Assembly: GCA_949288035.1 (NCBI GenBank)
Contig: CASEIJ010000049.1
Coordinates: 663 to 64,662, forward strand
Source of the DNA: an uncultured Mycoplasmatota bacterium
Lineage (GTDB): Bacteria > Bacillota_I > Bacilli_A > RF39 > UBA660
Length of the DNA stretch: 64,000 bases
Direction: 5' to 3'
A model generated the notes under the pieces. That model did no database searches and was not told the origin of the DNA. It saw only the letters and a list, made by a program, of their open reading frames with translations. Below, one piece after another: positions 29,939 to 40,167 of this stretch (position 1 is the stretch's first letter; each line of letters opens with the position of its first letter). The position numbers and the translations under genes were made by a program.

Positions 29939-31282
29939 ATGAAAGAGAGGGTTATACCACACAATATAGAGGCTGAACAATCTGTGTTAGGATCTATGTT
30001 CTTATCTAAATATGCAGCTCAAAAATGTGTAGAAAATTTAGATAAAGATTTGTTTTATTCTGATCAGCATCAGAAAATATTTGAAGTGATGCGTGATTTA
30101 TTAGAGAAACAAGTTCCAATTGATTTTACAACGGTCAGTGCAGAATTAGATAAAAGAAAATGGTTAAAACAAGTAGGAGATGTAGAATATTTAAGTGAAT
30201 TAACAAATATTGTGCCAAGTGCTGCTAATGTAGATAATTACATGCAAATTGTTGAAGAGAATGCGATTTTAAGACGTTTAATAGAAGAGTCTACTGAAAT
30301 TGCCAATGATTGTTTTGGAGCAACTGGTGATATTAGTGAGTTATTGGATAATGCTGAAAAAAAGATTTTAAATGTTGTTAAAACAAGAAAAGGAACGGAA
30401 TTTCGTAGTTTATCTGATGTTTTAAATAAAACACAGTTAGATTTAGAAAAATTATCGAAGAATAAAGGAGAAATTACAGGAATTGCGACGGGGTTTTATG
30501 ATCTAGATCGTATTACATCTGGATTTCATGAGAATGAATTAATTATTATTGCTGCTCGTCCAGCAATGGGAAAAACTGCCTTTGCTTTAAATTTAGCAAT
30601 GAATATGGCAAATAATACAGATAAGGCAGTTGCTATTTTTAACTTGGAAATGGGAGCAGAACAATTAGCAATGCGTATGATTGCTAGTGCAGGTCAAATT
30701 GATAGTAGGAAGTTGCGTACTGGACGTTTAGAGCATCAAGATTGGAAACGTGTTAACGAAGCAATGAGTAGACTTGCCAATAAGAAAATATATATAGATG
30801 ATACACCAGGACTTTCTATTAGTGATATACGCTCTAAATGTCGTCGTTTATCAGCGAGTGATACTGGTCTTTCGGCAGTGATTATTGACTACTTACAATT
30901 AATTAGTGGTTCTAGTAAATACGCTGGTCAAAGACAACAAGAGGTATCAGAAATTTCTCGTTCATTAAAAACAATGGCAATGGAATTAAATATTCCTGTA
31001 ATTGCTTTAGCACAACTTTCACGTAGTGTTGAAGGACGTGACGATAAGCGACCAATTTTAAGTGATTTAAGAGAATCTGGATCAATTGAACAAGATGCAG
31101 ATTTAGTTGCATTCTTATATCGTGATGATTATTACCATAAAGAGAATGCAATTGATGAAAATACAAGTCGTAGTGAATTGTTAATTAGAAAAAATCGTAG
31201 TGGTCCAACTGCAACTGTTGATTTAATTTTTAAATTACAGACATCTACATTTTTAAATTTTATCAATCGTGAAGAGTCATAG
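29939..31282 (+). CDS. dnaB: Replicative DNA helicase (DnaB family; DnaC in B. subtilis nomenclature)
   Basis: PHNIEAEQSVLGSM, Walker A AARPAMGKTAFALN, IIDYLQLI, and SRSVEGR...LSDLRESGSIEQDAD. Confidence 0.96.
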   Translation: MKERVIPHNIEAEQSVLGSMFLSKYAAQKCVENLDKDLFYSDQHQKIFEVMRDLLEKQVPIDFTTVSAELDKRKWLKQVGDVEYLSELTNIVPSAANVDNYMQIVEENAILRRLIEESTEIANDCFGATGDISELLDNAEKKILNVVKTRKGTEFRSLSDVLNKTQLDLEKLSKNKGEITGIATGFYDLDRITSGFHENELIIIAARPAMGKTAFALNLAMNMANNTDKAVAIFNLEMGAEQLAMRMIASAGQIDSRKLRTGRLEHQDWKRVNEAMSRLANKKIYIDDTPGLSISDIRSKCRRLSASDTGLSAVIIDYLQLISGSSKYAGQRQQEVSEISRSLKTMAMELNIPVIALAQLSRSVEGRDDKRPILSDLRESGSIEQDADLVAFLYRDDYYHKENAIDENTSRSELLIRKNRSGPTATVDLIFKLQTSTFLNFINREES

Positions 31283-31313
31283 TGAATTGTTAGAATAGAA
31301 AGGTATGTGATTT

Positions 31314-32762
31314 ATGAAAAAAATTGGTTTGTTATTATTAGCAGTGATTCTAATTAGTACTTTATTTGTATCGGGATTTCAATCAAAAGGAGATTTAGAA
31401 CCAAATACAGTATATGAAGTATATTTAGATGACGAAGTGATTGGACGAGTAAAGTCGAAAGATTCACTAGAAGAGTATATTGATCAAAAAGGAGAAGCTT
31501 ATAAGAAGAAATTAAATGCTGATAAGATATATGCTCCGAATGGATTAGAAATAAAAAAAGTAATCACATATGATGAAAAGGTAGATCGTGTTGCTGATAT
31601 TTATCAAAAAATTTCTGAAAAAAAACCATTTACAATTAAAGGATATCGTTTAACGATTCAAAATGGTAAAAAGAAAACAAGATTGTATATAGATAAAAAA
31701 TCAGTTGCCAAAGAAGCACTAGAAAACACAGTAAAAACATTTGTTGGTATAGAAGAATATGAATCATATATGGAAGATACACAAACGCCAGTAACAACAA
31801 CCGGTAGTTATATTGATAATATTTATATTAACAATAATATGACTATGAGTGAAAGTTATATTCCTGTAACAGAAAAAATATATACTGATTCTAAAGAATT
31901 GTCTCAATACTTATTATTTGGAAAAAACAATAATAAGAAAGATTATACAGTTCAAGTGGGAGATACAATTAGTCAAGTAGCTTTTAATAATCAAATTAGT
32001 GTGAATGAATTTTTAATATCAAATCCGGAATTTACAAGTGAGAAAAGTTTATTATTCCCTGGTCAAACAGTTGTAATTGGAATGACAGATCCCCAGATTC
32101 AAGTAGTATCGGTAGTAAATCAAACATCAGATGTTGTAAATAATTACTCTACAGAAGAAAGATATGATTCTAGTAAACTTGTGGGAGAAGATGAAGTTAT
32201 CCAAGAAGGAGAAGATGGATTGGACCGTGTAAAACAAGAGTTAACTTATGTGAATGGAGATGTTATCTCTACAGAGATTCAATCCCGTGAAGAATTAAAA
32301 CCAGCGATTAAGAAAATCGTTGTCAAAGGTGATAAAGTAATTCCTTCTGTAGGATATGGAGCATGGTATTGGCCAGTACCAAGCCATTACATCATTAGTC
32401 CAATGGGATATCGTGTTGATCCAATTAGTGGAGCTCGTTCACTACATACGGGTGCAGATATTGCAGAAAGTTGTGGAAAACCAATTTGGGCAGCTAATAA
32501 CGGAGTTGTGACAGAAGCTGCATATCGTCCTGATTTAGGTAATGGTAATTACGTAACAATTAATCATAATAACGGATATTATACATTATATGCTCATATG
32601 TCTAAATATATAGTACATGTAGGGCAAGTTGTAGAAAAAGGACAATTAATTGGATATGTTGGTAAAACAGGTCGAGCGACTGGATGTCATTTACATTTTG
32701 AAGCATGGAGAAATGGAGCGCCACGTCGTGGTCAAGTATATAATGCGCTTCTCTTATACTAA
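31314..32762 (+). CDS. Secreted M23 (LytM) peptidoglycan endopeptidase with LysM and G5 domains
   Basis: Signal/TM segment; LysM YTVQVGDTISQVAFNNQISVNEF; G5-like ...VIQEGEDGLDRVKQELTYVNGDV; M23 motifs HTGADIA and GCHLHFE. Confidence 0.85.
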   Translation: MKKIGLLLLAVILISTLFVSGFQSKGDLEPNTVYEVYLDDEVIGRVKSKDSLEEYIDQKGEAYKKKLNADKIYAPNGLEIKKVITYDEKVDRVADIYQKISEKKPFTIKGYRLTIQNGKKKTRLYIDKKSVAKEALENTVKTFVGIEEYESYMEDTQTPVTTTGSYIDNIYINNNMTMSESYIPVTEKIYTDSKELSQYLLFGKNNNKKDYTVQVGDTISQVAFNNQISVNEFLISNPEFTSEKSLLFPGQTVVIGMTDPQIQVVSVVNQTSDVVNNYSTEERYDSSKLVGEDEVIQEGEDGLDRVKQELTYVNGDVISTEIQSREELKPAIKKIVVKGDKVIPSVGYGAWYWPVPSHYIISPMGYRVDPISGARSLHTGADIAESCGKPIWAANNGVVTEAAYRPDLGNGNYVTINHNNGYYTLYAHMSKYIVHVGQVVEKGQLIGYVGKTGRATGCHLHFEAWRNGAPRRGQVYNALLLY

Positions 32763-33514
32763 TGAAAGTTAGTGTTTTAGCAAGTGGTAGTAAGGGAAAT
32801 TCTACTTATATAGAAACGCTTCATCATAAGTTTTTAGTAGATCTTGGAACGACTTCTACTTATGTAGAAAAGAAATTAAAAGAGTTAGAAATTGATCCAA
32901 AGGAAATTGAAGGAATTTTCCTTACTCATACACATGTAGACCATATTAGTGGTTTACGTGTATTTATTAAAAGATATCATCCAGAATTATATGTAAGTCA
33001 AATTATGTATGATGAATTAGTAAAAACATATCCTGATTTTTCATATACCATTATTGATAAATATTTTGAACTAGATTCTTTTCATATCACTGTTTTTAAA
33101 ACAAGTCATGATGTTGATGATTCTAATGGATATTTATTTGAAGAAAATCATTCTTCTATTGTTTATATTACCGATACCGGTTATTTAAATAAAAAATACT
33201 TTAATATGTTAACAAACAGAAGTATTTATATTATGGAAAGTAATCACGATATTAATCTGTTGATGAATGGATCGTATCCTTATCATTTAAAACAACGTAT
33301 TTTAGGTGATAGAGGCCATTTATCAAATGTAGATAGTAGTTATTATTTATCAAAATTAATTGGAAAAAATACAGAAAAAATTATATTAATTCACTTGAGT
33401 GAAGAAAATAACGATGCTAAGATTGCATATGATACTTGTGTTGAAAAAATTAATGATCAAGTTCCGGTGATTATATCAACACAAAAAGAACAAACAGAAT
33501 TGGTGGAAGTATGA
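32762..33514 (+). CDS. MBL-fold metallo-hydrolase (YycJ/WalJ-like)
   Basis: THTHVDHISG motif, ~250 aa, located upstream of rlmH as in Bacillus. Confidence 0.8.
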   Translation: MKVSVLASGSKGNSTYIETLHHKFLVDLGTTSTYVEKKLKELEIDPKEIEGIFLTHTHVDHISGLRVFIKRYHPELYVSQIMYDELVKTYPDFSYTIIDKYFELDSFHITVFKTSHDVDDSNGYLFEENHSSIVYITDTGYLNKKYFNMLTNRSIYIMESNHDINLLMNGSYPYHLKQRILGDRGHLSNVDSSYYLSKLIGKNTEKIILIHLSEENNDAKIAYDTCVEKINDQVPVIISTQKEQTELVEV

Positions 33515-33966
33515 TTAAAATTATTTGTGTTGGAAAAGTAAAAGAGTCATTTTATCGGGAAGCAATCGCTGAATATCAAAAGAGATTATCAAAATATACG
33601 AAATTGGAAATTATTGAAATTCCTGATGTTACAACATCTAATATTGAAGAAAACATAACAAAAGAAGCAAGTATGATAAAAAAATATATTGGACCGAAAG
33701 ATTATGTAATCGCATTAGAGATAGAAGGAACACAAGTTTCTAGTGAATCATTTGCGAAAAAAATTGATTCTATTTATCAAACTCATTCAACCGTTACTTT
33801 TATTATTGGGGGATCATATGGTTTAGCACAAACGATAAAACAGATGAGTCATTGGTCATTATCCTTTGGTAAAATGACTTTTCCGCATCAGTTATTTCGT
33901 GTTGTGCTATTAGAACAAATATATCGTGCATATAAAATAAATAATCATGAATCATACCATAAATAA
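33511..33966 (+). CDS. rlmH: 23S rRNA (pseudouridine1915-N3)-methyltransferase RlmH
   Basis: MIKIICVGKVKESFYREAIAEYQKRL..., FIIGGSYGL, and LLEQIYRAYKI (SPOUT). Confidence 0.92.
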   Translation: MIKIICVGKVKESFYREAIAEYQKRLSKYTKLEIIEIPDVTTSNIEENITKEASMIKKYIGPKDYVIALEIEGTQVSSESFAKKIDSIYQTHSTVTFIIGGSYGLAQTIKQMSHWSLSFGKMTFPHQLFRVVLLEQIYRAYKINNHESYHK

Positions 33967-34020
33967 TTGAATAAAATTTATGAAATCGCTCATTATGACA
34001 ATATAAGGGAGCGATTTTTT

Positions 34021-34551
34021 ATGAAAAAATATATTGTGATTGGCTTAATATCTGTTTTATTTTTTCAAGCATTTTGTACACAATCTACCAATGTTTTAAT
34101 TCCTGAAGAAGCCATACGGTTACGTGTATTAGCAAATTCTAATAGCACAGAAGATCAACAGTTAAAAATGAAGGTAAGTGAAGCACTTCAAAGTGAATTA
34201 TATACGTTATTAAAAGACACTAAGGGAATATATAGAGCGCGTGAAGAAATCAACGCTAGTTTACCTGATCTAAGAACCAAAGTAGCAAATACTTTAAAAC
34301 AACAAAATAGTCCCTTATCATTTCAAGTGGACTATGGGGCACATTATTTTCCAGAAAAAACATATAAGGGTGTTACTTATCCAGAAGGAAATTATGAATC
34401 TTTATTAGTAACTTTAGGAAAAGGAGAAGGAAATAATTGGTGGTGTGTTCTTTTTCCTCCTTTATGTATTATGGAAGCAGAAGAAAAAGAAGAGGCTGAA
34501 GATACAGAGTATAAATTTTTTATCCAAGAACTCATTGAAAAATATTTATAG
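34021..34551 (+). CDS. spoIIR: Stage II sporulation protein R
   Basis: IRLRVLANSNSTEDQQLKMKV and NWWCVLFPPLC motifs. The AAGGGAG SD serves the ATG at 34021 (the track TTG at 33967 has none). Confidence 0.85.
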   Translation: MKKYIVIGLISVLFFQAFCTQSTNVLIPEEAIRLRVLANSNSTEDQQLKMKVSEALQSELYTLLKDTKGIYRAREEINASLPDLRTKVANTLKQQNSPLSFQVDYGAHYFPEKTYKGVTYPEGNYESLLVTLGKGEGNNWWCVLFPPLCIMEAEEKEEAEDTEYKFFIQELIEKYL

Positions 34552-34556
34552 TTAGA

Positions 34557-34588
34557 ATGCATAGAATTATCTAGGTGATTCTATGCAT
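34557..34588 (+). promoter_or_regulatory. 11-bp perfect hairpin holding the mntP SD in its loop and the start codon in its stem (may also terminate spoIIR)
   Basis: ATGCATAGAAT (34557-34567) pairs with ATTCTATGCAT (34578-34588). The loop TATCTAGGTG holds the SD, the mntP ATG is at 34583, and GTTTTTG follows. Confidence 0.45.
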
Positions 34589-35113
34589 GTTTTTGTAATA
34601 TTTTTAATTGCAATCAGTTTATCTATGGATGCTTTTTCATTATCACTTTTGTATGGAACTTTGAATTTGAAAAAACATTTTGTTTGGAAATTATCTATTA
34701 TTGTAGCTTCTTATCATTTTTTTATGCCATTGCTCGGTCACTTTTTTGGTAAGTTATTATTTCAAATATTACCTTTAAATCCAGAATTTATTGTTTCAAT
34801 CATATTATGTTTTATTGGCATTCAAATGATATTTGAAAGTTTAAAACAGGAAAAAGAAGTAAAAGAATTTCAGTTATTAGAGTTATTATTGTTTGGTTTT
34901 GCAGTATCCATGGATAGTTTTTCTGTGGGAATTGGTCTTTCTGCGATTTCTCCTCATTTACTATTATGTGCTCTTACTTTTTCTATTTGTAGTGGTTTTT
35001 TTACATGTTTGGGGTTAAATTTGGGTAAGAAGTTAAATAGCATTTTTGGTATACTTGCCCCAACTGTTGGTGGAATAGTTTTAATAGTTTTAGGTATAAT
35101 ATATGGTCTTTAA
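34583..35113 (+). CDS. mntP: MntP/YtaF-family (DUF204) manganese efflux or sporulation membrane protein
   Basis: Duplicated SMDAFS / SMDSFSVG motifs and six TM helices. Confidence 0.75.
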   Translation: MHVFVIFLIAISLSMDAFSLSLLYGTLNLKKHFVWKLSIIVASYHFFMPLLGHFFGKLLFQILPLNPEFIVSIILCFIGIQMIFESLKQEKEVKEFQLLELLLFGFAVSMDSFSVGIGLSAISPHLLLCALTFSICSGFFTCLGLNLGKKLNSIFGILAPTVGGIVLIVLGIIYGL

Positions 35114-35157
35114 TTGTTTTCTATAGTAAAACTTGTTATAATAAGAAAGGTGATAAT

Positions 35158-36009
35158 ATGTTAGAAAATACAAAACAAATGTTAGAAAAAGCAAAACAAG
35201 AAGGGTATGCGGTACCACACTTTAATATTAATAACTTAGAGTGGACAAGATTTATTTTAGAGACATGTGAAGCCGAAAAAAGTCCTGTTATTTTAGGGGT
35301 TAGTGAAGGTGCGAAAAAATATATGGTAGGATTTTTTACGGTTGCAGAAATGGTTAAAGCAATGATAAAAGAGTTACATATTACAGTACCTGTTGCTCTA
35401 CATTTAGATCATGGTAGTAGTGTTGAATCTTGTAAAGAAGCAATAGATGCTGGATTTACATCTGTTATGATTGATGCTTCTAAGTATAGTGTTGAAGAGA
35501 ATATTAAAATGACAAGTGAAGTTGTTGCATATGCTCATGGAAGAAATGTAACAGTAGAAGCAGAAATTGGACATGTAGGGGGAGAAGAAGACGGGATTGC
35601 TGATGAGCTTGCTTATGCGAAAGTAGAAGATGCTGTTCGTTTAGCAAAAGAAACAGAGATTGATTCATTGGCGCCAGCTTTAGGTAGTGTACATGGTATT
35701 TATAAAGGAGAACCAAAACTAGATTTTGATCGTATGAAGAAAATTCAAGAACTTACAAATTTGCCATTGGTATTACATGGGGGGTCGGGAATTCCTGATG
35801 AATTGATAAAACAAAGTGTAATTTGTGGAATTTGTAAATTAAATATTAATACAGATTTACAACTTGTTTGGGCGAAAGATGTAAGAATGTTTTTAAATGA
35901 AAATCAAGCTGTATATGATCCTAGGAAAATTATTAAATCAGGAGAAAAAGCAATGAAAGAAAAAATTAAGGAAAAAATCTATTTATTAAATAGTAATGGA
36001 AAAGCATAA
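35158..36009 (+). CDS. fba: Class II fructose-1,6-bisphosphate aldolase
   Basis: AVPHFNINNLEW, LHLDHG and VLHGGSG motifs. Confidence 0.93.
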   Translation: MLENTKQMLEKAKQEGYAVPHFNINNLEWTRFILETCEAEKSPVILGVSEGAKKYMVGFFTVAEMVKAMIKELHITVPVALHLDHGSSVESCKEAIDAGFTSVMIDASKYSVEENIKMTSEVVAYAHGRNVTVEAEIGHVGGEEDGIADELAYAKVEDAVRLAKETEIDSLAPALGSVHGIYKGEPKLDFDRMKKIQELTNLPLVLHGGSGIPDELIKQSVICGICKLNINTDLQLVWAKDVRMFLNENQAVYDPRKIIKSGEKAMKEKIKEKIYLLNSNGKA

Positions 36010-36050
36010 CAAAATAATAAAAACATCATAAAATATATAGGAGTGGAGAA

Positions 36051-37304
36051 ATGAAAGAGTTAGTAATTCAGGGTGGAAAATCACTTTCAGGTACAATTGA
36101 GATTAGTGGTGCAAAAAATAGTGCTGTTGCACTTGTACCAGCAAGTTTATTATCAGATGAGGAAGTTGTTATTGAAAATATTCCGAATATTACAGATATT
36201 GATGCATTAGATGAGATTTTAATTTATTTAGGCGCATCTTTAAAAAGAGATGGATCAACTATGATAATTCATTCAGAACATGTTCAAAATAAAGAAATTC
36301 CAGAATCGATTTCTAAAAAATTAAGGGCTTCATACTATTTTATGGGAGCATTATTAGGAAAGTATAAAAAAGTAGAAATGTATTTTCCCGGAGGTTGTGC
36401 GATTGGAAAAAGACCAATTGATCAACATTTAAAAGCTTTTGAAGCATTAGGTGCAACCATTCAAATAGATGGTAATAAATATAAAATAGAAGCAGAAGAA
36501 TTAGTTGGAAATGATATTTATCTAGATTGTGCTAGTGTAGGAGCAACAATGAATGCCATGTTGGCAAGTGTCAAAGCAAAAGGGAAAACAATCATCCATA
36601 ATGCAGCGAAAGAACCAGAAATTGTCAATGTAGCAACTTTGTTGAACAATATGGGAGCAGAAATTGAAGGAGCAGGAACAAGTGAAATTGTAATTTGTGG
36701 TGTTGAAAAATTGGGAAAGGCATATATTGAAGTAATTCCGGATAGAATTGAAGCAGGAACGTATATTATCTTAGGAGCATTATTAGGAAATCCTTTAACC
36801 ATAGATAATATTATTCCTAATCATGTGGAAGCATTACTTTCAAAATTAAAAGAGATTGGCATTCAGTATGAGTTATCAACGAATCGTATTACTGTTTGGG
36901 CATCTAAAAAATTAGAACCAACTTCGATTACAACAGCAGTATATCCAGGTTTTCCTACAGATTTACAACAACCTATTACAACGTTATTAGCGTGTATACC
37001 AGGTGAATCTAAAGTAATCGAAACGATTTATGAAAACCGTTTTCAAAATGTTTCTTATTTAAATAAATTAGGTGCAAATATCAATATTCAAGGTGATACG
37101 CTTCATATTGAGGGTGTGAAACAATTACATGGAACGACCGTACAAGCAACAGATTTAAGAGCAGGAGCATGTTTATTTTTAGCAGGATTAAAAGCAGATG
37201 GTATCACTGTCATAGAACATGTAGAATATGTGTTAAGAGGATATGAAAATATTATAGAGAAATTGACCAATGTAGGTGCTAAAATAGAATTAAACGAAAT
37301 ATAG
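36051..37304 (+). CDS. murA: UDP-N-acetylglucosamine 1-carboxyvinyltransferase
   Basis: ISGAKNSAVALVPASLL, the active-site Cys context GGCAIGKRPIDQH, and fba-murA synteny as for Bacillus murAB. Confidence 0.95.
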   Translation: MKELVIQGGKSLSGTIEISGAKNSAVALVPASLLSDEEVVIENIPNITDIDALDEILIYLGASLKRDGSTMIIHSEHVQNKEIPESISKKLRASYYFMGALLGKYKKVEMYFPGGCAIGKRPIDQHLKAFEALGATIQIDGNKYKIEAEELVGNDIYLDCASVGATMNAMLASVKAKGKTIIHNAAKEPEIVNVATLLNNMGAEIEGAGTSEIVICGVEKLGKAYIEVIPDRIEAGTYIILGALLGNPLTIDNIIPNHVEALLSKLKEIGIQYELSTNRITVWASKKLEPTSITTAVYPGFPTDLQQPITTLLACIPGESKVIETIYENRFQNVSYLNKLGANINIQGDTLHIEGVKQLHGTTVQATDLRAGACLFLAGLKADGITVIEHVEYVLRGYENIIEKLTNVGAKIELNEI

Positions 37305-37347
37305 TAAAAGTAGAGAAATCTACTTTTCTTTTTGTGGAGGAGATCGT

Positions 37348-38082
37348 ATGAAATTAAAAACTGCTCTTATTCTTGCTTTAACGTTATTTATTGTTTTTGT
37401 GATTTATTTATCTCATATTGATAAGAAAGTATATTATGTAGCACTTGGTGATTATCAAGCATTAGGATTAACTAATACAGGGGAAATTACCTATGGATAT
37501 ACAGATTATATAAAAGATATATTAAAAAAGGAAAATAAATTAGAAACATATATTATTGGTTATGCGCAAGATAATGCAAGAATTACCGATCTGATAAATG
37601 ATATAGAACAAAATAAAAAAATTCAAATAAAAAATAAAATGCAGACTTTAAAAAATGCACTAATTAAAGCGGATCTAATAACACTATCCATTGGTATGAA
37701 TGATTTATTTTATAAGATTGGTGTGAACTCTGATTTACAATCATTAAATTATAGTGAAATATATTATCATATTGATGAGATGATGGAAGATATGGAAAAT
37801 TTATTTGAACTATTAAGAGAATATTGTAAAGAAGATATTATCATGACTAATTTTTATAATCCAATTGATATTCAGAATGAACAATTAAATGAAGTGTTGA
37901 ACTATGCAAACAAAAGATTAAATGAATTAGCACATATTTACCATATATCTATCGTACATATAAATAAAATTTTTAAAGAAAGGTTAAATCAAATACCAAG
38001 TATTTATCCCACAAAAAACGAATATCAAATCATTAGTGAATGTATATGTGATAAAATGTATAAAACTTTGTTAAAAAAATAA
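37348..38082 (+). CDS. Membrane-anchored SGNH/GDSL-like protein (block I reads GDY, not GDS)
   Basis: N-terminal TM; VALGDYQALG (block-I-like) and LSIGMNDL (block III). I could not find a clear DxxH block V, so it may be non-catalytic. Confidence 0.45.
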   Translation: MKLKTALILALTLFIVFVIYLSHIDKKVYYVALGDYQALGLTNTGEITYGYTDYIKDILKKENKLETYIIGYAQDNARITDLINDIEQNKKIQIKNKMQTLKNALIKADLITLSIGMNDLFYKIGVNSDLQSLNYSEIYYHIDEMMEDMENLFELLREYCKEDIIMTNFYNPIDIQNEQLNEVLNYANKRLNELAHIYHISIVHINKIFKERLNQIPSIYPTKNEYQIISECICDKMYKTLLKK

Positions 38083-38113
38083 AACATGGTATAATGCAAG
38101 TGAGGTGAAAAAA

Positions 38114-38758
38114 ATGAGTCAAAAGAAGTTATTTGCAAAAATTTTTCTATGGATGTTTATTGGCTTGCTAATTACGTTTGGAACTGCATATTATGTATCT
38201 ACACAAGAATTTTTAATTTTAAACATTTTAAAATTAAATTGGATCTGGATTTTACTAGAAATAGGTATTGTTATTTTCTTGAGTATGAGAATTACGAAAA
38301 TGAGTTCATTTACAGCAAAATTATCTTTTGCCCTTTATAGTTTTATGACCGGATTAACATTATCTTATATTTTCTTATTATTCTTATTACCATCTATTTT
38401 AATCATTTTCTTAGCAACTGCAATTATGTTTGGAATATTTGGTTTATTTGGATATTTTACAAAAATTAATTTATCTAAGTTATCTACCATTTTAATGATG
38501 GGATTACTAGGAATTATTATCGCTGGATTAATTAATATATTTGTTGGTAGTGCAACGGTTGATTTTATTATATCTATCATAGGGGTGGTTGTATTTACAA
38601 TTTTTGTTGCTTATGATATACAAACCGCAAAAATGCTTTCTACTTTAGAAACACTTCCAGAAGATAATTTAGCAATTTATGGTGCATTAAATTTATATTT
38701 AGATTTCATTAATATTTTCATACATTTATTATCTATTTTTGGAACTCGCCGAGATTAA
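38114..38758 (+). CDS. Bax inhibitor-1/YccA-family membrane protein
   Basis: Seven TM helices and a C-terminal ...YLDFINIFIHLL pattern. The GAGGTGA SD serves the ATG at 38114. Confidence 0.8.
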   Translation: MSQKKLFAKIFLWMFIGLLITFGTAYYVSTQEFLILNILKLNWIWILLEIGIVIFLSMRITKMSSFTAKLSFALYSFMTGLTLSYIFLLFLLPSILIIFLATAIMFGIFGLFGYFTKINLSKLSTILMMGLLGIIIAGLINIFVGSATVDFIISIIGVVVFTIFVAYDIQTAKMLSTLETLPEDNLAIYGALNLYLDFINIFIHLLSIFGTRRD

Positions 38759-38855
38759 ATAAAAATACTTGCCAAATAATTAGAAATTTGATATATTATA
38801 TAAGTATTTATTATCTATGACATGAATTTGTCATGGCGGAAGGAGAGATTACAGT

Positions 38856-39071
38856 ATGAAAAAGAATATTCATCCAGAATATATGGATACTACTGTTACT
38901 TGTGCTTGTGGAAATACATTTCAAGTAAGAAGTAATCGTAGTGAAATTCATGTGGAAGTTTGTAGTCAATGTCATCCAGCTTATACTGGTAAAAATTCAC
39001 AATCAGGAAAAAGAGCAGGAAATATTGAAAAATTCAACAAGAAATATAATCGTACAACGAAAGAAGCATAA
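38856..39071 (+). CDS. rpmE: 50S ribosomal protein L31 (Zn-ribbon type)
   Basis: MKKNIHPEY..., with CAC...[10 protein letters not shown] cysteines. Confidence 0.95.
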   Translation: MKKNIHPEYMDTTVTCACGNTFQVRSNRSEIHVEVCSQCHPAYTGKNSQSGKRAGNIEKFNKKYNRTTKEA

Positions 39072-39112
39072 GCTTCTTTTTTTTACACGAAAAAATCGCT
39101 TTTTAAAGCGAC

Positions 39113-40102
39113 TTATTTATCAATTAAATGAAGATTATCTAATAATATACCAGTTCCTTCAGCAACACATGTAAGTGGGCTTTCAGCAATAAAAACAGGA
39201 ACTTTTAATTCATGAGATAATAGTTGATCAAACCCTTTAATTAAAGAACCTCCACCAGTTAGTACAATTCCTTTATCAATAATATCAGCAGATAATTCTG
39301 GAGGAGTTTGTTCTAATACATTTTTTGCTTGATGAACAAGTAAATATACACTTTCACGTAATGCTTCTTCTATTTCATCAGAAGAAAGTGTAATTGTATG
39401 TGGAAGACCTGTTACTAAATCTCTTCCTCTTACTTCCATTTTTTCTACTGTATCACTTGGATATACGGAACCAATTGTCATTTTAATTTCTTCTGCAGTA
39501 CGATCACCAACTAATAACTTATATTTATCTTTAATATATTTAATAATATCGTTATCAAAAGTATTTCCTGCAACTTTAATAGAACAACTTGTGACAATCC
39601 CACCTAGAGAAAGTATTGCAATATCAGTCGTTCCTCCTCCGATATCGATTACCATATTACCACTTGGTTTAGAAATATCCATTCCTGCCCCAATTGCTGC
39701 AACTTTAGGCTCTTCTTCTAGAAATACTTTTTTCGCACCTGTTCTTTCAGCAGCTTCTTTAATCGCATTTTTTTCTACTTGTGTAATATTTGATGGACAA
39801 CAAATTAAAATACGTGGTCTTGATAAAAAACTTTTTCCATTTACTTTTCTAATATAGTGATTTAACATAATTTCTGTTAAATTAAAATCAGCAATCACTC
39901 CATCTTTCATGGGTCTGATTGCTTGTACTCTACCAGGAGTTCTTCCTAACATTTCGCGCGCTTCAGTCCCAACGGCAAGTGGCTTTTTTGTTTCAGAATC
40001 AATGGCAACGACACTAGGCTCATTTAACACAATTCCTTGACCCTTAATGTATATTAAAACATTTGCTGTTCCTAAGTCTATTCCAATGTCTTTTGTAAAC
40101 AT
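39113..40102 (-). CDS. mreB: Rod-shape-determining actin homologue MreB/Mbl
   Basis: DIGIDLGTANVL, DIGGGTTDIA and LTGGGSL motifs. It lies next to spoIIID, as B. subtilis mbl does. Confidence 0.93.
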   Translation of the reverse strand: MFTKDIGIDLGTANVLIYIKGQGIVLNEPSVVAIDSETKKPLAVGTEAREMLGRTPGRVQAIRPMKDGVIADFNLTEIMLNHYIRKVNGKSFLSRPRILICCPSNITQVEKNAIKEAAERTGAKKVFLEEEPKVAAIGAGMDISKPSGNMVIDIGGGTTDIAILSLGGIVTSCSIKVAGNTFDNDIIKYIKDKYKLLVGDRTAEEIKMTIGSVYPSDTVEKMEVRGRDLVTGLPHTITLSSDEIEEALRESVYLLVHQAKNVLEQTPPELSADIIDKGIVLTGGGSLIKGFDQLLSHELKVPVFIAESPLTCVAEGTGILLDNLHLIDK

Positions 40103-40167
40103 TTACCATCCCTCCTCGTATTAACTTTATCTATTATATCACAAACTCTCTTGAAAGAATAGGAAAA

